Positions 46,317 through 58,670 are shown, counted from the stretch's first letter. The stretch: 64,000 bases of DNA from Gloeobacterales cyanobacterium (GCA_038245785.1 JBBRSB010000010.1:1-64000), one strand, 5' to 3'. Made by a program: numbers and translations. The notes: a model not told the origin generated them from the sequence alone.

Positions 46317-46919
46317 CTAGCTTGAGATAGTTTCTAGAGTCTTGAGTTTTTCAGGTAATAGGGTAGGACCAAGATATTTCTCAGCCGTAGGAGAAAAGAC
46401 CTCATAAATTAAGGTAAAGGGAGCTCCATCTCGCCACATAAGATAGTGTCTTCCCCAAAATGGCCCAGGGTGATCGAAGGCTTTGATAAGTTTGGCATTA
46501 GTGCCTTGATAGAGGCCCTTGAGGTCCCGATAAAATTCTGTATGCTTCGTGGACAGGCTTGTCCAAATGGGGAGGAGCGGGTTTTCTAGAGAGCGATCCA
46601 CATCCTGGACAGGCCACCAAGAAGTTGCATAGGCTAAGCGTTCACCGGAGGCTGTTCTCAACCAAATTTGCCGACGCAGCCGAGGACCAGGGATCAGGAC
46701 CATTTCAGCAGGGAATGCTTCTATAGCCTCCCCCAAAGGCTTCATTTCGATCAAATCAATTTGAATTTCTTGACCAGTGACCACCTGAAAATGTCGGGTA
46801 GGAGCACCATCCCCCATGAGCAGCATGCGCCAAGCGGGGCTTAACCTAGCAGGAGCTTCACCTTGTTCTATTTGTTGAGGAAGCGCTTCCCAAGTCCGTG
46901 CTAACCGATGCCAAGTCAT
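46317..46919 (-). CDS. Chorismate lyase (cyanobacterial DUF98/UbiC-like)
   Basis: LSPAWRMLLMGDG, RLAYATSWW, GPFWGRHY and TLIYEVFSP. Confidence 0.85.
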   Translation of the reverse strand: MTWHRLARTWEALPQQIEQGEAPARLSPAWRMLLMGDGAPTRHFQVVTGQEIQIDLIEMKPLGEAIEAFPAEMVLIPGPRLRRQIWLRTASGERLAYATSWWPVQDVDRSLENPLLPIWTSLSTKHTEFYRDLKGLYQGTNAKLIKAFDHPGPFWGRHYLMWRDGAPFTLIYEVFSPTAEKYLGPTLLPEKLKTLETISS

Positions 46920-46983
46920 AAATCTTTACATTTTAGTGTGCTACCACTCTAACGCGAGTTCTGAGGATTGCTTACGAACAAAT

Positions 46984-48690
46984 TTACGAATTGCTGACAT
47001 CCATGCCTGCTTTAAAAGCAGCCTGCATGGCAAAGTTCTTCACCCGCTTGCTCACTTTTCGCACAATCCGAGGACGGGTGAAAGAATGATGCTCACGTAA
47101 GATGGCATGGGCACAATTCCGGCCTGGCATGCCAGAAATAGAACCACCAGGATGGGTACCTGCTCCCGTGAGATAGAGACCTGTAATTGAGGTTTTGTAA
47201 TTAGCAAGTTCAGGTAGAGGGCGGAAAAACAACATCTGTTCTACCGTCATATCCATGTGATAGAAATTTCCCTTCAAGGTCGCCGTGCGCGCAGCCAGCT
47301 CAACCGGGCTTTCTACCCTACGGGCAATGATCGAAGACTTGAGATTGGGACAGTACTGAGCCAACTTATCGATACAACGGTCAGCCACCTTTTCTTTAAT
47401 CAAACCCCAATCGCGATCGGGACCTTGGCTAATCTCCCAAGGGGCAAAAAATTCTATCCAGAGGGTATGTTTACCGGGTGGAGCCATAGAAGGATCTAGA
47501 ACCGTGGGCACTACTACATAAAGGGAAGGGTCATCCGGAATTTTCCCCTGTAGAGGCTCTTGATGGGCTCGTTCTACATGTTCCACAGAATCCGCAATCA
47601 GCAAGGAACCAATGAGCCAATCATCCTGATGTCCCCACGCACTAAAGCGAGGAGCCTCAGAAAGAGCGCAATCGATTTTCATCACGCTTTCGTTGTTATT
47701 CACCACCGTGCGATTTAAGCGACCTGTGACGCCCTCCGCCCAGGCCTCAGCATCCGCAGGGTCTAGAAGCTTGTTATAGAGCTGCACCGCATCCAGGTTC
47801 GAAATAACGCCCATCTTGCATTGGTATTCTTGGCCGGCTTGAGTGCGTACGCCTACGGCTCGGCCAGTGTTATCGACCAGGATGCGGCCGACAGGTGCAT
47901 CGGTCAGAATTTCAACGCCCAGGTCTGTCAAAAGAGCACCCAATGCCTGAGTGAGCATCCCCGTCCCCCCACGTGGGCGACTCATTCCTGGACCGTGACG
48001 CATGGCCAACATAGTCACGCCAAAGGCAATCCCCTTCTCTGAAGGAGGAGCACCCAATTCAGCCGCTAAACGGGCAATCGGGGCTTTGATAAATTCGGCA
48101 TCGAACCATTCGTTAATCAGATTTTGAGGGCTGGTGACCATGCGACGGGCAAATTCTAAGACGCCCTGAGGTCCATCGGCTAGGTCGAACAGATCGTTGA
48201 TGACTGTGGGGTTGAAATTTCTAAGAATACCTGGAATTGATTGAGGAGCAGCATTGAACGTAGTAGCAAACAGACGCATAGCTCGCTGCCAATAGGAAAT
48301 AAAATCTCGGTAAGCAACGGCATCTCTTGGAGAAAATCGCTCAATCTCTTTACAAGTACGCTCTACATCCTGCCAAGCCAAGAAGAAACTGCCATCAGGG
48401 TGCGGACAAAATACAGTAGGGTCACACCATAGATATTCCAGTCCATAGTTCTCCAGCTTTAATTCTCGGAGTACTGGCCCTAGATGGATAAACTCATGAT
48501 CAATCGCACAAAGATTAAACTTGAAGCCTGGTGCCGCTTCTGGCATGGCCTCTTCAGTCGTAGCACATCCACCAATCTTGCCGCGCCGCTCTAGAACCAG
48601 ACAAGAATAGCCCGCTTTAGCGAGGTAGGCTGCACAGGTCATTCCGTTGTGCCCTGCCCCGATCAAAATAAAGTCAAATGTTTGAGACAT
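46984..48690 (-). CDS. crtO: Beta-carotene ketolase CrtO
   Basis: IGAGHNG, FKFNLCAIDHEFIHLGPV and GAGTHPGGSISGMPGRNCA, characteristic of cyanobacterial CrtO. Confidence 0.88.
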   Translation of the reverse strand: MSQTFDFILIGAGHNGMTCAAYLAKAGYSCLVLERRGKIGGCATTEEAMPEAAPGFKFNLCAIDHEFIHLGPVLRELKLENYGLEYLWCDPTVFCPHPDGSFFLAWQDVERTCKEIERFSPRDAVAYRDFISYWQRAMRLFATTFNAAPQSIPGILRNFNPTVINDLFDLADGPQGVLEFARRMVTSPQNLINEWFDAEFIKAPIARLAAELGAPPSEKGIAFGVTMLAMRHGPGMSRPRGGTGMLTQALGALLTDLGVEILTDAPVGRILVDNTGRAVGVRTQAGQEYQCKMGVISNLDAVQLYNKLLDPADAEAWAEGVTGRLNRTVVNNNESVMKIDCALSEAPRFSAWGHQDDWLIGSLLIADSVEHVERAHQEPLQGKIPDDPSLYVVVPTVLDPSMAPPGKHTLWIEFFAPWEISQGPDRDWGLIKEKVADRCIDKLAQYCPNLKSSIIARRVESPVELAARTATLKGNFYHMDMTVEQMLFFRPLPELANYKTSITGLYLTGAGTHPGGSISGMPGRNCAHAILREHHSFTRPRIVRKVSKRVKNFAMQAAFKAGMDVSNS

Positions 48691-48916
48691 ATTACGATTC
48701 TAAGATTGATAGGTCTGATTGCTTGCGCTAGTTTTGAATTAAGGGCTTAAGCTTACGTGAGAAATACGAAGAAAACGTTTGCTAGAGGGCAATATATCCA
48801 TACTGTAGCCCTTTAAGAGAGCACCTCAAACCACAATAGCGGGTTTATAAATTTTTTTACTCCCTCCGTGGATATGGATATACCCAAACTCGGAGCAAAA
48901 GCCTTTAAATAAGAGT

Positions 48917-49573
48917 ATGATGCGCGAATTTTTTGTCCAAGAGTTGAATGGAACCCGTACTGAATTATTACGCATGGGTGCCCTTGCAGAAAAAGCACTT
49001 TCTGATGCCTTACTAGGGATTGTCCAATCTGATTTAGAAGCAGCAGGTCGCGTCAAGGCTTTAGAAGAAGCTATCGATAGCTCTAACCGGACTATTTATG
49101 ATCGTTGTCTAAGGTTTATCAATCTACAGGCTCCTGTGGCCTCAGATACCCGCTACATCACAGGTATTCTCGAAGCTATTGTCAGCATCGAACGAATTGG
49201 AGACTATGCAGATGACTTGGCAGATGTTGCCTTTGCTTTAGCCGGAAAACCCTTGCCTCCCTTTATCCAGGATTTTGCACTTATGGGCAGTCATGTCCAG
49301 ACTATGGTCCGGGCCGCTTTAGATACCTGGGCTACGCTGGATCGAGAACAAGGCTTGGCTGTGCGGTCTATGGATGATGTTGTAGATGCTGACTACCAAA
49401 AACTTTTCCAGTCCCTTAGCACTTTCATCCAGGAGGGATCTGAGGATAGAGATGGTTCTGTCCCTCTCCACCTCGTCCTCGTCTGTCGGTATCTTGAGCG
49501 GATTGCAGACCATGCCGTTAATGCGGCAGAACAAGCGGCTTATGCAGCTCCTAATACCACAAGGCCTTCATGA
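48917..49573 (+). CDS. phoU: Phosphate signalling protein PhoU
   Basis: LQAPVASD, IERIGDY, MDDVVD and YLERIADHAVN. Confidence 0.95.
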   Translation: MMREFFVQELNGTRTELLRMGALAEKALSDALLGIVQSDLEAAGRVKALEEAIDSSNRTIYDRCLRFINLQAPVASDTRYITGILEAIVSIERIGDYADDLADVAFALAGKPLPPFIQDFALMGSHVQTMVRAALDTWATLDREQGLAVRSMDDVVDADYQKLFQSLSTFIQEGSEDRDGSVPLHLVLVCRYLERIADHAVNAAEQAAYAAPNTTRPS

Positions 49574-49582
49574 AGCTTAGTC

Positions 49583-50692
<1,110 letters not shown>

Positions 50693-50699
50693 CTAAGCA

Positions 50700-51155
50700 C
50701 TACAGATCAAGATCGTCTTCATCATCCCAGTCCGGTAGCGCAACGTCCAAGAGAACATCTTCAATAGAACTATCTAGATGAGAATTTTTCCGGGACCGTT
50801 CCTGCTCTTCTAGCGGATTGGTAAGTGGGATCAAACGTAGAACCCGGTCCCCCTGCACTAAGTCGAAGCAAGGGCGCTCTATTCTGGGCTCTTCGGCAGA
50901 GCGACATTGCCCTAGTTCCAAATATTCAAAGCTACTAACGTTGAGATAAAGAGTCTGATTGGCCACTAAGGTTGAGCAGGAAGGGTCATCGTAGACCTCC
51001 ATAATGTAGCCATCTCCCTTCTTGCGCAGGGTTCCTCCACATAGTTCCTGGTAGCGTACACGACTTAAGTCCTCAAGGAGACGGACCATGTCTCGCTTGT
51101 TAAGGACGATACCGACATCGATAATGCAGAGTGCGGTGGTAGTCTTCTGGCTCAT
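50700..51155 (-). CDS. Conserved cyanobacterial hypothetical protein
   Basis: CIIDVGIVLNKRDMVRLL...STLVANQTLYLNVSSF; acidic tail. Confidence 0.75.
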   Translation of the reverse strand: MSQKTTTALCIIDVGIVLNKRDMVRLLEDLSRVRYQELCGGTLRKKGDGYIMEVYDDPSCSTLVANQTLYLNVSSFEYLELGQCRSAEEPRIERPCFDLVQGDRVLRLIPLTNPLEEQERSRKNSHLDSSIEDVLLDVALPDWDDEDDLDL

Positions 51156-51338
51156 AGTTTAACGGGCCTCTTGAGGCTAAGGTTATGGGTGATGCTCATC
51201 AAATCTTGCATGGACATTGTGAACATTTTGAGGAGTCCACCCGTTAGTATAACTATTTACAAAAAACCTGTAGAGAGATTTATTCTTTAACCCTAGAACT
51301 CAGCTATGGATTGCGCATGAAGTTTCTGTGATTTTTTT

Positions 51339-52046
51339 ATGCTACGCCCCCATGTAACCCTTATTTTAGCAGCCAGTGCTGATGGCAAAATTGCTCCTGT
51401 CCGTCGAGGAGCCGCTCATTTTTCTTCCCCCCAAGACAAAATACATTTAGAAGAGCAGGTAGCGCTTGCAGATGCTGTCCTAATGGGTGCCTCTACTGTC
51501 CGGGCCTACTCCACAGCTTTTCTTGTAAAGCAGGACGCTTTACAGCAAGCAAGAAGAGCAAGAAATCAGTCTCCACAGCCCTTAGCTGTCGTCTGTTCAC
51601 GCAGCCTAAATCTTGATCCCGATCTCCCTTTTTTCCAACAGCCCCTGCCCAGAATCCTCCTCACAGGTCAGTCCAATCCTGAAGCGGCAAAAAAATTTGT
51701 AGGGTTGGCTGAGATTTGGATCTGTGGTTCTGAAGATGAAACGTCTCCTGAAGTAGATTTTCACAAAGCCCTCGCCCGACTCTTCGAACAAGGAGTGCGC
51801 CGTGTAGCAGCCTTAGGCGGAGGAGAAGTGGCAGCCCAATTATTTGCACTAGGGTTAGTTGATGAATGGTGGTTAACACTCTGTCCACTTGTCTTGGGGG
51901 GCACTACCGCTCCAACCCCTGTGGAAGGCCGTGGGTTTATAGAAGGCCAGAATGCACCTCATCTGGAGCTGCTTAGTTGCCAGCGCGCAGGTGATGAACT
52001 ATATGTTCACTATCGCGTCAAATCTGGTCGCCTAAGCTCTCAGTGA
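51339..52046 (+). CDS. RibD C-terminal domain protein (second paralogue)
   Basis: RPHVTLILAASADGKI, LGGGE and CPLVLGGTTAPTPVEG. Confidence 0.9.
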   Translation: MLRPHVTLILAASADGKIAPVRRGAAHFSSPQDKIHLEEQVALADAVLMGASTVRAYSTAFLVKQDALQQARRARNQSPQPLAVVCSRSLNLDPDLPFFQQPLPRILLTGQSNPEAAKKFVGLAEIWICGSEDETSPEVDFHKALARLFEQGVRRVAALGGGEVAAQLFALGLVDEWWLTLCPLVLGGTTAPTPVEGRGFIEGQNAPHLELLSCQRAGDELYVHYRVKSGRLSSQ

Positions 52047-52420
52047 ATACTCTGAATATTCGGTGGTCTTCCGTTTTTTCCGTGGGTAATCTACGGATGA
52101 CTACGCAAGGTCTTGGATCCGAACCTTGAGCCCCATTTCTTAACAAAACTTCGATTGACATTGTGAAGAAATCGTAATGTTTTTTCTTGCGCGGGGCCAA
52201 AAATGTAGTTTTTGAAACAAAAAAGGGCAAATTATTTACTATTGATGCGTACAAATACGCATTCACATGTACTAGTCAATACATAAGTATTCAGAGAGGA
52301 GGCATTATATTCTCTCTAGGCCCCTACGCAATCTTTTTTAACGTAGCGGGGTAAGTCGGGAAGCCCACCACAGTGGTTCTTCTCTTTCAGGTGTGATGGT
52401 TCTATTACGTTAGAGAAAGG

Positions 52421-52846
52421 GTGAGGAAGGAAGTGACAGAGCAAAAAAGGTGTGAGCGTAATCGCAAACGTTCCAAAGGGCGCAGGATCAAATGTCCTCT
52501 CCATGGATGCCTAGTTCATAGCGTCAGCCAGAAGCATTCTCTATTTGCTAACCATCCTGAGCAATTACAGAGCAGAGGGATGACGAAACAAAAAGCGTCT
52601 CTTATTCTTCTAAGTAACTCAACGGTCTCTCTTGACCGAGAATGGCTAGAGGAGTTTTGGTGCGATGAATGTCAGGAGAAAAACTGGTATCACGTCAAAA
52701 GGACCGATGACGGCTATGTCCTGTCTAGTGCCTCTGCTAAGACATGGCAGCAATCTATGGGCACCATCGATCCCTATAAAGCCAATGCTTCGGTCAGTGA
52801 ATTCTCTGTACGAGAAGCAAACCGCTTTAGAGCAAGGAGAATTTGA
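52421..52846 (+). CDS. Conserved hypothetical protein with CxxH/CxxC pairs
   Basis: CPLHGC...WLEEFWCDECQ...NASVSEFS. Confidence 0.65.
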   Translation: MRKEVTEQKRCERNRKRSKGRRIKCPLHGCLVHSVSQKHSLFANHPEQLQSRGMTKQKASLILLSNSTVSLDREWLEEFWCDECQEKNWYHVKRTDDGYVLSSASAKTWQQSMGTIDPYKANASVSEFSVREANRFRARRI

Positions 52847-52944
52847 CTCTACTTGGTCTAATGCGGGACTGAGCAGGCAAATATGTGTGCCCGCTAAATG
52901 TGTATAGTTTGAAAGAGTCCTCTGCTGCGAGCAAATAGATCCTG

Positions 52945-54108
52945 ATGACCAATCGCCAAACTGGTGTGTACAGAATGCTCTACGGTAATCAGTTACTGAC
53001 AAAAGCCTCTGGCTTTTCCAAAGAAGCCTGCTTTTCACTGGTGGCCTGTTTATTGCTTTCAGCTCCAGCATTTGCACAGCAAAATTCTTTGGCCCCTAAC
53101 CCAACACCGAAACAAGCAGAACTCGCTCCACAACCTGCGCAACCGCAGCCTCTCAATGGGAAATCGGCTACTCCAGCTTCTTTTACCGCAGGCGTTAGCC
53201 GTTCAGGGTATGTTCTGGGACCAGGAGACCAATTCAAGCTAACCGTTTTTGATTATGAAGAATTTACCGGTCCTCAAGTAGTTTTACCTGATGGAAATAT
53301 TAGCCTCCCAATTGTGGGCAGTATTCAAGCAGCGGAACGGACTACAGATGAGCTATCTCAGGAGATTACTCAGCGTCTGCGTCCCTACCTCAAAAATCCA
53401 ATCGTTACGATAGCACCTACTACACTGCGTCCCCTCCGTATCAATGTTTCAGGTGAAGTCCAGCGCCCCGGCCCTATTCAGCTAGCTAGTGCAACATCCA
53501 ATGTCAGCAATACCCCAGCAAAAGCAGCCACCGTAGGTACGGCGCTTGCAGAAGCAGGAGGTATCACCAGAGATGCTGATATCCGCAAAGTAGTTCTCAA
53601 GCACCATAACCCCAACAAGCAGGACCAAAAGGCAGAAGAGACAAACATCGATTTGTGGGAAACTATTTGGTCTGACAAAATTAATCGTGATATTACCTTG
53701 CAGGATGGTGATTCTTTATATATTCCTAAACTGGCCCCTGGGGATACCCTAGACCGCAGATTGATTGCCCGTTCTAGCCTTTCTCCTAAAACAGTTAAGG
53801 TGCGCGTCGTAGGCGAAGTCAAAAAACCGGGAGAAATAGAAATTCCACCCAATGGTTCAATTTCTGGCGCCGTGGCAATTGCTGGAGGACCTACGGATAA
53901 AGCAGACCTTGGTCAAGTAGCCTTTACCCGATTAAATAATGAGGGTCGCATTGAGAGTAAGGCCGTTGACTTGAATAAGTTCGCTGACAATGACCAAGTA
54001 CAAGAGGGGGACGTTGTTATAGTTCCGAAAAGTTCTAGTTCCTCTTTCCTCGATACATTCTCACAGGTAATTTCCCCTGTTTATGGGTTGTTTAACCTGT
54101 TTCGTTAG
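52945..54108 (+). CDS. Polysaccharide export protein (Wza/KpsD family, SLBB domains)
   Basis: YVLGPGDQ, VLPDGNISLPIVG, VSGEVQRPG and VVGEVKKPG. Confidence 0.93.
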   Translation: MTNRQTGVYRMLYGNQLLTKASGFSKEACFSLVACLLLSAPAFAQQNSLAPNPTPKQAELAPQPAQPQPLNGKSATPASFTAGVSRSGYVLGPGDQFKLTVFDYEEFTGPQVVLPDGNISLPIVGSIQAAERTTDELSQEITQRLRPYLKNPIVTIAPTTLRPLRINVSGEVQRPGPIQLASATSNVSNTPAKAATVGTALAEAGGITRDADIRKVVLKHHNPNKQDQKAEETNIDLWETIWSDKINRDITLQDGDSLYIPKLAPGDTLDRRLIARSSLSPKTVKVRVVGEVKKPGEIEIPPNGSISGAVAIAGGPTDKADLGQVAFTRLNNEGRIESKAVDLNKFADNDQVQEGDVVIVPKSSSSSFLDTFSQVISPVYGLFNLFR

Positions 54109-55055
54109 TTGCAGAGCATAAAAGATCTGCTATCACTCAGGTGGAGCCGATAGTCATATAATCAAAGGCCTTGCTAGCCGCTCACTTTTGCCTTGTTTGC
54201 GACTTTTTAGTTATTCAAATTTTTGAGTATCTAAGTATAGACCAATACTTGCCTATCCCTAAAGGCTTGATAAACCTATGGGGAATAGAACAGATAATGT
54301 CAAAATATGAGATAAATATAATTTATTTCACACGAATTGAAGCCAGGGAAGTTCCCAGAACAAAATTGATTTAGGGAAGAGAGAATTGAATGTCATGAAC
54401 GTAAATAATTTATATCCCCTATGGATACGTGAAATCATTGCAAGTCAGTGCTTTTCTTGAAATCATCTGGTCTGTATGATCAAGCTGAGAAAGATGACAG
54501 GAGTACACTAGGGCTATCGGCTTAGTCCAATAATCAACCTCTGACTTCATGCTTTATAAACAAGAAGTGTCATAAGTAAAAATCTAATGGCATCAGGATC
54601 CTTTCATTATCTAAAGTGTTAATTTTGGAAAGCTATCAAAAGCTTTTCATTTAACTCAAGCCAGTAAACTCAAGAATGATTAAAGTGTAGTTAAGACTTG
54701 TTCTGAAAAATAATTGTCGTCTAACCACACAAGAAACTTTCCAAAACCACTTAAACCCAGTATTAAGCTCTATACATATTCCTTAACTTCTGTATAAACT
54801 ATGAGGCTGGAATAAAGTGGAATTTCCGTGTTTGCCCTGATGATTAGATATTATGGTTTCACTAATATTTGAAGGATAAGGTAGAGATCCGTAGCTTTCT
54901 CAAGAAAAGGACTCTCTGTATCTAAAAGGATGAGTATTTCAATATACAAACAAAAAAGTCATTAAAAGCTAATCTTTAGTTGATATAAGGAAAGCCCCAC
55001 CAGAAAAACTTTCTGCGAAGGCTTTGGGTATGTTTCGAAACGAACTGCGAAGTGG

Positions 55056-56462
55056 ATGTGGGGAGAGATGATTAGCCAAGGCCAGATATCAATGCAGCAT
55101 AACTATTCTTTATCAACAGTCGTTCAACGAATTGTCGATCCCTTTCTAATTGTTTTTTTACTTTACGCTTTGTATGGGGTCAGTTGGACGCCCTATCAAG
55201 CAGCTTATGTCTATCTTGGGCTCATCACTTTCCTATTGACACCTCCTCTGTTTAAGCTGGCAGGGCTATACAGGTCGTACCGAACAGGTGGTTACCTGAC
55301 TGAGCTGCCTCGCATCCTGACTGGGTGGTCAGTGGTGATTGCGGTTCTGTTGTTCTTGGCTTATCTGACTAAGAGCAGTTCGATGTTTTCTCGCCAAGTT
55401 TTGATCACTTGGTTTGCCTCGGTTCCTTTTGTTGTCTTTACAGCCCATTACTTGATTCGGAAAGTCTTGCACACAGGAGCTAATAGTCGGACTGCTGTGA
55501 TTGTAGGAGCCACCCCGCTCGGAAAGCAGCTTGCAACGGAGATGGCTACTTCTGCAGGGTTGGGCATTAAGCTCATTGGTTTTTTCGATAATAATCTTTT
55601 GACCTCATCTGAATCATTAGGGGCTCCCCTCCTAGGGAAGTTGGAGCAACTTCAAGATTACGTTAAACGGGTAAGGACAAATATTGTTTATATTGTGCTT
55701 CCTATCGAAGATTCTCGCTATGCTTACCAGATCATTGATACCTTACGAGATACAACAGCTTCTGTCTACTTCATGCCTGATATCTCTGCCTTTGATCCGC
55801 TGCGCTTGAGTGTACAGAGCATCAACGGGGTGCCAGCTTATGAAATATATGAGACTCCTTTTGCAGATGGTTTTGCTCGCTTAGCTAAGCGGACCAGTGA
55901 CATTATCATTTCCAGTATTATCCTGCTCTTAATTTCTCCTCTTATGGCAGCTGTTGCCGTTGCGGTGAAACTGTCTTCTCCTGGTCCTGTTTTCTTCAAA
56001 CAGCGGCGATATGGTCTCAATGGCCAAGAGATTGTCGTGTATAAGTTCCGCTCAATGACAGTTGCAGAGGATGGGGATAAAGTAACGCAAGCTACGCGAA
56101 ACGATGCGCGAATCACTCCCTTAGGAAAGTTTCTACGTCGCACCTCTTTTGATGAACTTCCTCAATTCATCAACGTACTCCAGGGGCGTATGAGTATTGT
56201 TGGCCCGCGTCCTCATGCCATAGCGCACAATGAGGAATATAGAAAGTTGATAAGCGGCTATATGCTTCGCCACAAGGTAAAACCTGGTATCACGGGCTGG
56301 GCACAGGTAAATGGGTATAGAGGGGAGACAAATAGTCTAGATAAAATGGCTCGCCGTGTAGAGTATGACCTTCAGTACATGAGTAATTGGTCTTTGACTC
56401 TTGATTTAGAGATCATTCTCAAAACCTTAATCACGGTCCTGCGCGATAAGAACGCTTATTAG
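55056..56462 (+). CDS. wcaJ: Undecaprenyl-phosphate glucose phosphotransferase (WcaJ-like priming glycosyltransferase)
   Basis: KFRSM, DELPQFINVLQGRMSIVGPRPHA and KPGITGWAQVNG. Confidence 0.9.
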   Translation: MWGEMISQGQISMQHNYSLSTVVQRIVDPFLIVFLLYALYGVSWTPYQAAYVYLGLITFLLTPPLFKLAGLYRSYRTGGYLTELPRILTGWSVVIAVLLFLAYLTKSSSMFSRQVLITWFASVPFVVFTAHYLIRKVLHTGANSRTAVIVGATPLGKQLATEMATSAGLGIKLIGFFDNNLLTSSESLGAPLLGKLEQLQDYVKRVRTNIVYIVLPIEDSRYAYQIIDTLRDTTASVYFMPDISAFDPLRLSVQSINGVPAYEIYETPFADGFARLAKRTSDIIISSIILLLISPLMAAVAVAVKLSSPGPVFFKQRRYGLNGQEIVVYKFRSMTVAEDGDKVTQATRNDARITPLGKFLRRTSFDELPQFINVLQGRMSIVGPRPHAIAHNEEYRKLISGYMLRHKVKPGITGWAQVNGYRGETNSLDKMARRVEYDLQYMSNWSLTLDLEIILKTLITVLRDKNAY

Positions 56463-56919
56463 GGTCTTTGTGATCCAAAAAAGTTGAAAGTAGCAAGCAA
56501 ATAATGCCTAGATTAATAGCGATATCAGCTAGATTAAATACAGCAAAGTGAATAAGCCGGAAATCTATAAAGTCGACGACTTCACCTGTTAGGAATCGGT
56601 CTAGACCATTACCAATAGCTCCCCCTAGAATAAATCCATATCCCCACTGTTCCAGGGTAAATATTTTAGGGCCTACTAATCCATAAATTATTAAGCCGAT
56701 GCTAACTACTAAAGAAATCCACTTCAGCCAATTACCTCCTGTAAATAGGCTAAAAGCAGCTCCCGTATTGCGGACGTGGGTAAGGTGAAATACCCCTTCC
56801 CATAAGGGAATTGTTTTTCCTATAGCCAAATTATAGATGGTCCACTGTTTGCTGAAGGCATCTACAGCCACCACAAAAATGGCAGCCGCCCAAAACCACA
56901 AATTCTTTACCTTGATCAT
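56431..56919 (-). CDS. lspA: Lipoprotein signal peptidase II
   Basis: NTGAAFSL, GGAIGNGLDR, VVDFID and VFNLAD. Confidence 0.97.
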   Translation of the reverse strand: MIKVKNLWFWAAAIFVVAVDAFSKQWTIYNLAIGKTIPLWEGVFHLTHVRNTGAAFSLFTGGNWLKWISLVVSIGLIIYGLVGPKIFTLEQWGYGFILGGAIGNGLDRFLTGEVVDFIDFRLIHFAVFNLADIAINLGIICLLLSTFLDHKDPNKRSYRAGP

Positions 56920-56990
56920 AGCTATAGCCTAACTGGCTTGGGGTACTTTTATGTAACAGTAGTAAACAAAGGTTTGTAAGGCATACCTGA

Positions 56991-58385
56991 TTGAGTATTT
57001 TTCGCCGCTATTGGTACGAGCTAGTTCTTTCTCCGCTTACTCTGCTCTTAGATGTCGCTGGAGTATCTGCTGCCTATTCGGCCTCTTACTGGCTGCGCTC
57101 TCTGGAACCGAACTCTCTGCAGCCCCAAGTATACGTAGGCCTAACAGCATCTAGTTGCCTGATTGTCGTCTTTATCTTTGCCTTTTTTGGCCTATATCAA
57201 AAAAAACGTCGAGAATCTCGCTTTGATGAGGCTGTGTTCGTCCTCCTAGGGGTGGGGATCTCTCTTGGCATAGTTTTAGCTGGAGTATTTTTTATTCGCT
57301 CAATTTCTATCTCTAGATTGATATTGCTCTACACCTTTGGTATTACTGCTTTCTTGCTAGTTTCTGCACGCCTTGGACTGCAGGGTTTTGATGAATGGAT
57401 GCGCAACCGTGGGTTTGGACTAAAGCGGCTGCTTATCTTAGGTACTAGCCTCAGCGCCCAAACCTTAGGGGAACGCCTAGAACGTAATCTATCTCTGGGG
57501 TATGAAGTGGTTGGCTATCTGACTGATACCAAAGACGATTTAAGCAAATATAAAGTCTTGGGCACTGTAGATGAACTAGCTACGCATTTGACTTTGGCAG
57601 ACCCTATTGATGAAGTCTGGTTGGCTTTGCCCGAGAAACCAGGCCAAGAGGTTGCACACCTGATCGCAACCATCAAGAGCCAAACTTCTGTAGACATTAA
57701 AATCCTACCCGATGTTTTAGAGTTTTTTACCCTGCGCTTAGATGTAGATTCCCTTGGGGGAATGACCATGCTTACACTGCGAGATACCTCTCTGCGGAAA
57801 GCCTCGAATCGAGTTCTAAAGCGCACATTGGACCTCACCCTTTCAAGCTTGGCTTTGATAATTTTCTCTCCCTTTATGTTAGTGATTGCCTTGGGCGTGA
57901 AGCTAACAAGCCACGGACCGATTTTTTATAAACAAGAACGGGTAAGTCGGGATGGAGATGCTTTTGGAATTTATAAATTCCGCTCCATGTATACAGATTC
58001 AGAGGCTGCAGGCCCAGGCTGGACCTGTCCGGAAGACCAGAGAGTCACCCCTTTGGGACGAATTATTCGCAAGACGAGCTTAGATGAGCTACCTCAACTA
58101 TTGAATGTTTTTCTTGGTGAGATGAGTTTGGTCGGACCTCGCCCTGAACGACCCTACTATGTGGAGCAATTTAGCCAAGATATTCCTAAATATTTGGACC
58201 GCCATCTGGTCAAAACTGGAATTACCGGCTGGGCCCAAATCCATGGACTGAGAGGGGACACTTCTATTCCTGAGAGGGTCCGCTACGACCTCTACTACAT
58301 TGAAAACTGGTCCTTGCTGCTAGATCTGAGGATTTTGATGGTTACCGGCTGGCAATTGTTTAGAGGGCAGTACAACGCCTACTAG
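56991..58385 (+). CDS. Second polyprenyl-phosphate sugar phosphotransferase
   Basis: KFRSM, DELPQLLNVFLGEMSLVGPRPER, GITGWAQIHG and DLYYIENWS. Confidence 0.92.
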   Translation: MSIFRRYWYELVLSPLTLLLDVAGVSAAYSASYWLRSLEPNSLQPQVYVGLTASSCLIVVFIFAFFGLYQKKRRESRFDEAVFVLLGVGISLGIVLAGVFFIRSISISRLILLYTFGITAFLLVSARLGLQGFDEWMRNRGFGLKRLLILGTSLSAQTLGERLERNLSLGYEVVGYLTDTKDDLSKYKVLGTVDELATHLTLADPIDEVWLALPEKPGQEVAHLIATIKSQTSVDIKILPDVLEFFTLRLDVDSLGGMTMLTLRDTSLRKASNRVLKRTLDLTLSSLALIIFSPFMLVIALGVKLTSHGPIFYKQERVSRDGDAFGIYKFRSMYTDSEAAGPGWTCPEDQRVTPLGRIIRKTSLDELPQLLNVFLGEMSLVGPRPERPYYVEQFSQDIPKYLDRHLVKTGITGWAQIHGLRGDTSIPERVRYDLYYIENWSLLLDLRILMVTGWQLFRGQYNAY

Positions 58386-58513
58386 AAAATTTATAGAGCA
58401 GCTTTTCCCATTTATCTAATTTAGATCTACTTTGGACGAGATAGGGTGATAACCTCATATAGAGCAGTTGACACGGGATACACCACTCCTTAAAATCACA
58501 TAAGCGTGCAAAT

Positions 58514-58585
58514 TGGGGCTTAGCCAAGCGGTAAGGCAGCTGGTTTTGGTCCAGCCATTCGGTGGTTCGAATCCATCAGCCCCAG
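58514..58585 (+). tRNA. tRNA-Gln (UUG)
   Basis: TGGGGCT acceptor stem, GCCAAGCGGTAAGGC D arm, GCTGG-TTTTGGT-CCAGC anticodon arm (TTG) and GGTTCGAATCC T arm; CCA not encoded. Confidence 0.97.
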
Positions 58586-58670
58586 CTCAAATCCTTATAA
58601 AAAAACACTAAAACGCTGTGAAGCGTTTTAGCTAGTGCTAGAACAGGGAAGTACATTTGTTGGAATCTGT

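Noticed and set aside
54171..54374. 67-aa ORF in the wza-wcaJ gap
   Set aside because: TTG start, no RBS and no recognisable motif.
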